Shown here: in pieces, positions 58,827-64,000 of the stretch
How positions within the stretch are numbered: position 1 is the stretch's first letter
How the letters are laid out: each line of letters begins with the position of its first letter
NCBI GenBank assembly: GCA_040005235.1
Contig: JBDTZG010000003.1
Location: 32,001-96,000, forward strand
Origin: Acidobacteriota bacterium
Lineage (GTDB): Bacteria > Acidobacteriota > Thermoanaerobaculia > Multivoradales > UBA5704
Direction of reading: 5' to 3'
Length of the DNA: 64,000 nt
Notes under the pieces: generated by a model
Told to the model about the DNA's origin: nothing
Database searches by the model: none
Seen by the model: only the letters and a program-made list of their open reading frames with translations
Position numbers and translations under genes: made by a program

Positions 58827-58870
58827 TGGAACGACGCTTGCAAAAGGCTGTTTTGCCTGGTGACCAGGCA
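58827..58870 (+). promoter_or_regulatory. Sigma54 promoter plus 5'UTR hairpin (copy 2)
   Basis: TGG-AACGACGCTT-GCA; hairpin TGCCTGG-TGA-CCAGGCA at 58854-58870. Confidence 0.65.
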
Positions 58871-58895
58871 CGGACCCCAGCAAAGGACTTCTCCA

Positions 58896-59063
58896 ATGAT
58901 CAGAATCCGACTCGGAAGCCCCGCAGCCCTTGAGCTTGCCCTCTCCGCCGCCCTATTGCTCGCCACCCTGCCGGCCCGCGGGGACGACGACGCGATCCAC
59001 GGCGCGAACGAGAACGACTTGATTGCCGGAAACTCGATCCTCAACGAAGCTCGGGCGGCTTAG
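58896..59063 (+). CDS. Small secreted peptide, 55 aa (copy 2)
   Basis: MIRIRLGSPAALELALSAALLLATLPARGDDDAIHGANENDLIAGNSILNEARAA; RBS AAAGGA. Confidence 0.7.
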   Translation: MIRIRLGSPAALELALSAALLLATLPARGDDDAIHGANENDLIAGNSILNEARAA

Positions 59064-59181
59064 CCGCTTCGCCTGAAACGAGAAGGTCCACCCGGAACGC
59101 TCTGGGGACCGGCTCGGCATACACTTAAGGTATGCAGACCGGCAGGCAGGACGGTTCAGATCGCCGCCAGATTTCGCTGGA

Positions 59182-61350
59182 GTGCTCGCGGTGAGAACCC
59201 AATGGGGATCTGCCGATCCACGGGCTCCGCGCCGCTTCTTCGGTCTGGCTCATTTCGCCCGTTCGCTCGTCGAAGCGCTGTGGAAATGCGCGCCCTTCTT
59301 TGGCCTGTACGCCCTCTCTTTCGTTCTGCTCAAAGAAGTCGGCCAGGGTCGAGAGACTCTCGCCGCATTACTGGATTTGGGCCCGGCCAACATCTCCTGG
59401 TTCCTCTTCGCCCTGCTGTTGGGGGTTTCGAGCCTCTTTACCGCGTCGTTCCTCTTTCTTCTGCTCGACCGATGGAACTATGCAGCCGCGGACGGTTCGC
59501 GGGCTTTTTGCCGCATCTGGGTCCCTTCTGTCCTCACCCTCTCCGCCTCCTTGGTCATACCCATAGCGGCGGAGCGGAGTGCGGCGCACTCCAAATTCTT
59601 CGATGTATTGTTGGGGTTCCCCATCTGCCTCCTGATTCCCGCCCTCGTAGGCCTGGCCTGGTCGCGAACCCGCCCCGTCTTCGCGCCCGCGCGGACGATT
59701 TTCATCCTCGTCGGAGGCGTCAGTCTGCTCGCCTCTTTCTTCATCGGCCTGCTGGCGTTTTATGGCTTCTGCTTCGTGTTCCTCACCGCATTCTGTTTTC
59801 TGATCCGGGACGACTTCCGCGACGGCAATCCGAACTTCCGGCCCTGGGCCGACCTGCATCCGAACGGGCTCTTTCATGCGACGCTGCTTTGCCTCGCCGT
59901 GCTGTGGCTGTCGAACACCTCGGTCGCCAACCGGATGCTCGTCGGCACGCCGATGATCGTCCTTTGCGGTTTCTCGTTCTTCGCGGGACTGGCTTACCTT
60001 TTGACCGGGCTCCTGAGCCGAATTTCACCCGGGGCCGTGTGGACCGGCTGGGGCCTTCTGTGCCTTCTCTTGGTTCTCACGCCGGTCAACCATGAACCCC
60101 TTCGACTCCTGCCTCGCGCGCCGAATCCAACGCGACGCCTAGCCCCGTCGGCCCACTTCGTCGAGTGGCTCCGCTCCCGCCCCGAGGTGCAGGAAGGGAA
60201 CCGGCCCTACCCGGTGTTCTTCGTCGCGGCCGAAGGCGGGGGCATTCGCGCCGCCTACTGGACCTCCACGCTGCTCGCGAGCCTGGAGGAGCGCTATCCC
60301 GGTTTCACTTCGCACGTGTACGCGATCAGCGGCGTTTCCGGCGGCAGCGTCGGTGGCGCGATCTACGACGCCATGTTTCGCGATGCCTCCGGCGCAAAGC
60401 GATGCGCTCCTCTGGTCCAGGGCGGCCTGAAGGGTCTTCGCCCCTGCACGGCATACCTTTTCCAGTGGGATCTTCTGGGGTCGCCGCTCTCCGCCTTGCT
60501 GCTCCACGATCTGCCGTTCGGCTGGCTCGGCGTACGACGGGCCCACGATCTCGAACAGAGCCTGGAGATCGCCTGGTTCGCCGACCTGGAGAACCGCCGC
60601 TTTGAAGAACCGTTCCTGGATTTGTGGCGCGATCGGACCTATCAGGTCCCCTCCCTGATCCTGAACGCCACCTCCGCGGACAACGGCCACCGCCTCGTCC
60701 TCTCAAACCTCGCCGCCCGCGGCGAGCTCACGGCCGAAACCGGCGTGGAGGAGCTCCTGGACCGGCCGGTCCGGCTGAGCACCGCTGCTTTCTTGAGCGC
60801 GCGCTTCCCCTTGCTCAGCCCCGTCGCGACGTTTGAAACGCCCGCCGGCAAGGCCTATCGGCTGGTCGATGGCGGCTATTTCAATAACTCCGGCCTGGCG
60901 TCGCTCGCGCGCCTCTTGCGCGCGGTGATCCCCGCGGTGGCCGGCAGCGAGCTGGCGGGCCGGATCGAGCCGCACGTTCTGGTGATCTCCAGCCGGCCGG
61001 CCGGACCGCCGGCCGCGCCGGGTCGCCTCGCCGGATCGTTTGCCGGAGCGTTGGTCGGACCGGTGGCGGTGCTTCAGAGCACCGGCGAGGCTCATGACGA
61101 AACCTACCTCGGCGAGATCGAACGAATCGTCGGCGCCGGCGGCGTAGCGACGGATCTCCGTCCGATCGAGGGTTCGTCCGAGGCACCCTTGGGCTGGTTC
61201 TTCTCGGCGGCGACGCGCTGCCAACTGGACCGGAACGTCAACGAGGTCACGAACCAGTCGAAAGGGTCGAAGGCGATCGCTCGCGCCTTGGAACTTCCAG
61301 CGCGGCCGCCGGCCGCTTGGACCTCCTGCCCGCCCGCTCCGGAACCCTGA
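59182..61350 (+). CDS. Polytopic membrane protein with C-terminal patatin/cPLA2-like domain
   Basis: ~9-10 N-terminal TMs; AAEGGGIRA, SGVSGGSVG, SARFP, LVDGGYFNNSG; start uncertain. Confidence 0.85.
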   Translation: MLAVRTQWGSADPRAPRRFFGLAHFARSLVEALWKCAPFFGLYALSFVLLKEVGQGRETLAALLDLGPANISWFLFALLLGVSSLFTASFLFLLLDRWNYAAADGSRAFCRIWVPSVLTLSASLVIPIAAERSAAHSKFFDVLLGFPICLLIPALVGLAWSRTRPVFAPARTIFILVGGVSLLASFFIGLLAFYGFCFVFLTAFCFLIRDDFRDGNPNFRPWADLHPNGLFHATLLCLAVLWLSNTSVANRMLVGTPMIVLCGFSFFAGLAYLLTGLLSRISPGAVWTGWGLLCLLLVLTPVNHEPLRLLPRAPNPTRRLAPSAHFVEWLRSRPEVQEGNRPYPVFFVAAEGGGIRAAYWTSTLLASLEERYPGFTSHVYAISGVSGGSVGGAIYDAMFRDASGAKRCAPLVQGGLKGLRPCTAYLFQWDLLGSPLSALLLHDLPFGWLGVRRAHDLEQSLEIAWFADLENRRFEEPFLDLWRDRTYQVPSLILNATSADNGHRLVLSNLAARGELTAETGVEELLDRPVRLSTAAFLSARFPLLSPVATFETPAGKAYRLVDGGYFNNSGLASLARLLRAVIPAVAGSELAGRIEPHVLVISSRPAGPPAAPGRLAGSFAGALVGPVAVLQSTGEAHDETYLGEIERIVGAGGVATDLRPIEGSSEAPLGWFFSAATRCQLDRNVNEVTNQSKGSKAIARALELPARPPAAWTSCPPAPEP

Positions 61351-61383
61351 GGATCTGAAGCCTCCTGCGCTAGAGTGCGCGGC

Positions 61384-61491
61384 GTGCCGAAACCACCGAG
61401 CGCCCGCCTAAAAACTCAGCCGCTTTCTCCGGAGCAGGAAGAGCGGATTCGCGAGCTGTTCCGCGAAGAGCTGGACAAACGAAACAAGTAG
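61384..61491 (+). CDS. Possible 35-aa small protein (MPKPPSARLKTQPLSPEQEERIRELFREELDKRNK)
   Basis: TAGAGT -10-like box 7 nt before the GTG; amphipathic charged helix; no homology evidence. Confidence 0.35.
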   Translation: MPKPPSARLKTQPLSPEQEERIRELFREELDKRNK

Positions 61492-61600
61492 ATTGCGATT
61501 CGGCGCCGTATAGCGGCCATCCGCCGCGGCCACCGCGTTGCCGCAGCAGCGGACGATTTTCGGCTCTGGATAGCGACGTCCCACCTCGCGAAGAGAGTTT

Positions 61601-61740
61601 CTGAGCCGGAAAGCGGCTTTCCGTCCCAGAATCGGATCTTCGGTCCCAGGACCGGATCTACCGTCCCAGAATCGGATCTTCGGTCCCAGAATCGGAGATT
61701 CGCCCACGCCTAGCGGACTTACGTCTCGGATTCGGACTTT
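61601..61740. repeat. 20-bp tandem repeat array
   Basis: CCGTCCCAGAATCGGATCTT / CGGTCCCAGGACCGGATCTA / CCGTCCCAGAATCGGATCTT / CGGTCCCAGAATCGGAGATT at 61621-61700, with degenerate flanking units. Confidence 0.85.
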
Positions 61741-61826
61741 CAGCGAGCGTTTCGCTCTCTACCTCGCGGAATGGGGCTTTCCGCGGCGCCCGCGGATTCT
61801 CCGCGCCGGAACCGCCGATTGCGCGC

Positions 61827-62186
61827 CTATTTCGTCGCGTACTTCTCCGCGCCGAGAAAATGGAGAGAGACATACGGCTCATTGCCCACCACCCAGCTGT
61901 CGTGCGGATCGGAAGGGATGTAGAAGAGATCTCCCGGTTTCAGCTCGATCACACGGTCTTCGAACGCCGCGGTCGCAATGCCGGAGAGGACGAGCCCCAG
62001 ATGCTCGACCGTACACCGCGCGGCGCCGACGCCCGGCCCCACATGCTCGGACCACTTCCATCCCGGCTGGTAGGTCGCCCGGCCGATCGTCTGCCCGGCG
62101 AGACGGATGATTTCGAACCGGCCGAGGGTCATTTCGCGGACCTCGTCCGGAGTTTCGAAGCGCCTGAGGATCACGCCTAGGTCCAT
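61827..62186 (-). CDS. Cupin-domain protein
   Basis: QPGWKWSEHV, CTVEHLG, LKPGDLFYIP..PHDSWVVGNEP; RBS GGAGGGAGG. Confidence 0.9.
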   Translation of the reverse strand: MDLGVILRRFETPDEVREMTLGRFEIIRLAGQTIGRATYQPGWKWSEHVGPGVGAARCTVEHLGLVLSGIATAAFEDRVIELKPGDLFYIPSDPHDSWVVGNEPYVSLHFLGAEKYATK

Positions 62187-62468
62187 GTCGCCTCCCTCCC
62201 GTTCCGTCGTCGCTGCATTTCAGAGATAGAGTAGAGCCCTTCGTGTTGGGACGTACAGCGAGGGGCGATCTTATGAGAACGTTGCCGTCGGAATTCGCCG
62301 ATCTGTTGTCCCGGAAGGGACGCGACTGGGAATGAATGAAACGGTTTAACACTTCCTTCAGGTTTCAGCATCCTTCTGGGTCGTGCCTCCTCGAAAGTCG
62401 GCGACGACGCCGAATTCGAAGGAGGCGCCAACCGGAGCCCTGAAGGCTCCTCAACTCAGGAGTTGTCC

Positions 62469-63212
62469 ATGAAGAAGTTTGTCGTTCGCCTTTCCGTCGG
62501 TTTCCTGTTGGCCGCCTTCGTCCACTCTCCCGGTTTCGCCTTCGAGGGGACCGGGTCGATCGCGAGCGAGGAGGCGTTCCTCTCCTCGCTGGGCGATCGC
62601 GCGATCTTCGTCGCGCCGGGCGTCTACGAAGTCAAGCTGAATTCCAAAGAGACGATGCGCGTCGCCTTCGGCGATGCGGGAAGGCAATTCGATCGCGCTC
62701 GCTTCGAGGGGGAGCTTGCCAAAGTGCAGGCCGATCTCGCGCAGACGGCCCACCCGTCCCGCGAGCTGCTGCGGAAGGCGCATCGGCTGGAGGATCTGAT
62801 CGCCGGCCTTCGGACTCCCCAAACCCGGGCCGCGGTGACGGGCTGGACCTGCCCGGGGACCACGATTCAATACACCTACTCCTTGGACGGCTATCTCACT
62901 AGCGGCGTCGTCACCGCCAAAGCGAAGATCGGGCTCGGCGTCGATTTCGGCCCGCCTCCCCCCTCCTACCCGAACCGCTACGCAGACGCTTACGCCACGG
63001 CCTACCGGTCACCCTCCTGCTCTGAGAACTCCGTCAGCGCAAGCGACTCCCTGACCAACGGCGCTCTGGGCTTCGCCACCGCCACCGCCTCGGCCTCCTG
63101 CTCGGGCACCTGCATCGCCTGGGAGACGTTCAGCGAAGTGACGCAAGCCGGTTGCACCGACGGCTACCGCTCGCTGACCCGCTTTGGCGGCAGCTTGGTG
63201 AACTGCCCCTGA
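62469..63212 (+). CDS. Secreted hypothetical protein
   Basis: RBS AGGAG; signal peptide ending GFA; short coiled coil, then a Cys-containing beta region. Confidence 0.75.
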   Translation: MKKFVVRLSVGFLLAAFVHSPGFAFEGTGSIASEEAFLSSLGDRAIFVAPGVYEVKLNSKETMRVAFGDAGRQFDRARFEGELAKVQADLAQTAHPSRELLRKAHRLEDLIAGLRTPQTRAAVTGWTCPGTTIQYTYSLDGYLTSGVVTAKAKIGLGVDFGPPPPSYPNRYADAYATAYRSPSCSENSVSASDSLTNGALGFATATASASCSGTCIAWETFSEVTQAGCTDGYRSLTRFGGSLVNCP

Positions 63213-63225
63213 TCTGAGATCACGG

Positions 63226-63260
63226 GAGACGGCGGGCCGGCCCCGCCTGCCGTCTCTTTC
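63226..63260 (+). terminator. Putative intrinsic terminator
   Basis: GAGACGGCGGGC...GCCTGCCGTCTC stem followed by TTTC. Confidence 0.45.
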
Positions 63261-63305
63261 TCCGCCGCCAGTCAGAAAAGGTGCGATTTCTGGGATAATA
63301 AGCCC

Positions 63306-63605
63306 ATGGACCCACAAACCGCTGGCTTGGTCTCCCTTGGAATCCTTGCGCTCGTCGCGCTCGCCTACCTAGCCGTGTTCCGCAAAAAAGGCGAGGTGAA
63401 GATCGATGGGCCAGGCGGCACCGGCCTCTCGTTCAAAGGAAGCAACGAAGCCGACCGGCTCCCGGCGGGCGAAACGATGGCCGAGCGCATTCGAGCCAAG
63501 GGCTCGGTCGAAGTCGTAGGGAGCACGGGCGGAAACGTCAGCGCTCGAGAACTTGATGCAGGCGAGAACGTTCGCGTGGAGAATCAGCCCGGCCCAAAAG
63601 CTTGA
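63306..63605 (+). CDS. Single-TM small protein with two C-terminal 21-aa amyloid-like pseudo-repeats (candidate NLR effector)
   Basis: TM at residues ~7-25; GETMAERIRAKGSVEVVGSTG / GNVSARELDAGENVRVENQPG; stop overlaps the NTPase start. Confidence 0.75.
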   Translation: MDPQTAGLVSLGILALVALAYLAVFRKKGEVKIDGPGGTGLSFKGSNEADRLPAGETMAERIRAKGSVEVVGSTGGNVSARELDAGENVRVENQPGPKA

Positions 63606-64000
63606 CCCCCGGCGCTCCGAGCGTGACGGGGGAGATCTCGAACGTACACGCGGGAAAGAACGTGGTTCTCGCGGGGACCTACATTGAGGCCGCCGGAACC
63701 CTCACCTCCCGCTCCCCTCTCCACCAGCTCCCCGCCCCACCCGCCGATTTCGTTGGCCGCACGGAAGATCTCACGGCGCTTCGCGCGTCGGTAAGGAAAG
63801 GCGGCGCCACAATCTACGGCCTTCAGGGTCAAGGTGGCGTGGGAAAGACCGCGCTGGCTCTGGTGCTCGCCCGCGAGATGTCGGCGGATTTCCCCGACGC
63901 GCAGATCTTTCTCGATCTTCAGGGGGTGAGCGAACGGCCGCTCTCGTCTGCCGACGCGATGGCGCATGTGGTGCGCTCATTCTATCCCGACGTGAAGCTC
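63602..64000 (+). CDS. NB-ARC/STAND NTPase (bacterial NLR-like), 5' part; runs off the right edge
   Basis: Hand translation: MTPGAPSVTGEISNVHAGKNVVLAGTY...LHQLPAPPADFVGRTEDL...LQGQGGVGKTALAL...FPDAQIFLDLQG; absent from the ORF track because there is no stop in the window. Confidence 0.85.
   Translation, partial: MTPGAPSVTGEISNVHAGKNVVLAGTYIEAAGTLTSRSPLHQLPAPPADFVGRTEDLTALRASVRKGGATIYGLQGQGGVGKTALALVLAREMSADFPDAQIFLDLQGVSERPLSSADAMAHVVRSFYPDVKL

Noticed and set aside
55081-59063. Composite transposon or prophage att sites formed by the two direct copies
   Set aside because: The copies are well diverged with mostly synonymous changes, and there is no transposase, integrase or target-site duplication.
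61621-61700. CRISPR array
   Set aside because: Units are directly adjacent with no unique spacers, and there are no cas genes in the window.

Overview
GC-rich bacterial window, probably from an acidobacterium (inferred from the PadR + duplicated orphan permease pair, the VWFA-related gene and the many secreted peptidases). It holds about 50 mostly unlinked genes: malate synthase, pepT, a VapBC-type toxin-antitoxin pair, tricorn/S9/M28 peptidases, an amidase, a D-aminoacylase, kaiC-kaiB, a K+/H+ antiporter, two membrane patatins and a GAF-sigma54 activator. I recognised no rRNA, tRNA, CRISPR array or transposase. Five signals stand out. (1) At the right edge, a small membrane protein ends in two 21-aa HET-s-like pseudo-repeats and is translationally coupled to an NB-ARC/STAND NTPase whose N-terminus carries one matching repeat; this is a candidate NLR-amyloid signalling pair with a non-Bell effector. 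(2) Two diverged copies of a cassette (sigma54 promoter, 5' hairpin, ~54-aa secreted peptide) sit next to a sigma54 activator and bracket a di-heme HzsA-like gene. (3) A Cache sensor with no output domain is coupled to a fusion of a solute-binding domain and a split patatin with ~8 TM segments. (4) Three orphan Cys/Ser/Thr-rich RiPP-like precursors share an LxLxR[ED]T leader; one is missing from the ORF track. (5) Several deletion scars: a kai-linked histidine kinase, DinB, a permease tail and a DHFR-like N-terminus. All calls come from reading motifs by eye; no database searches were run.
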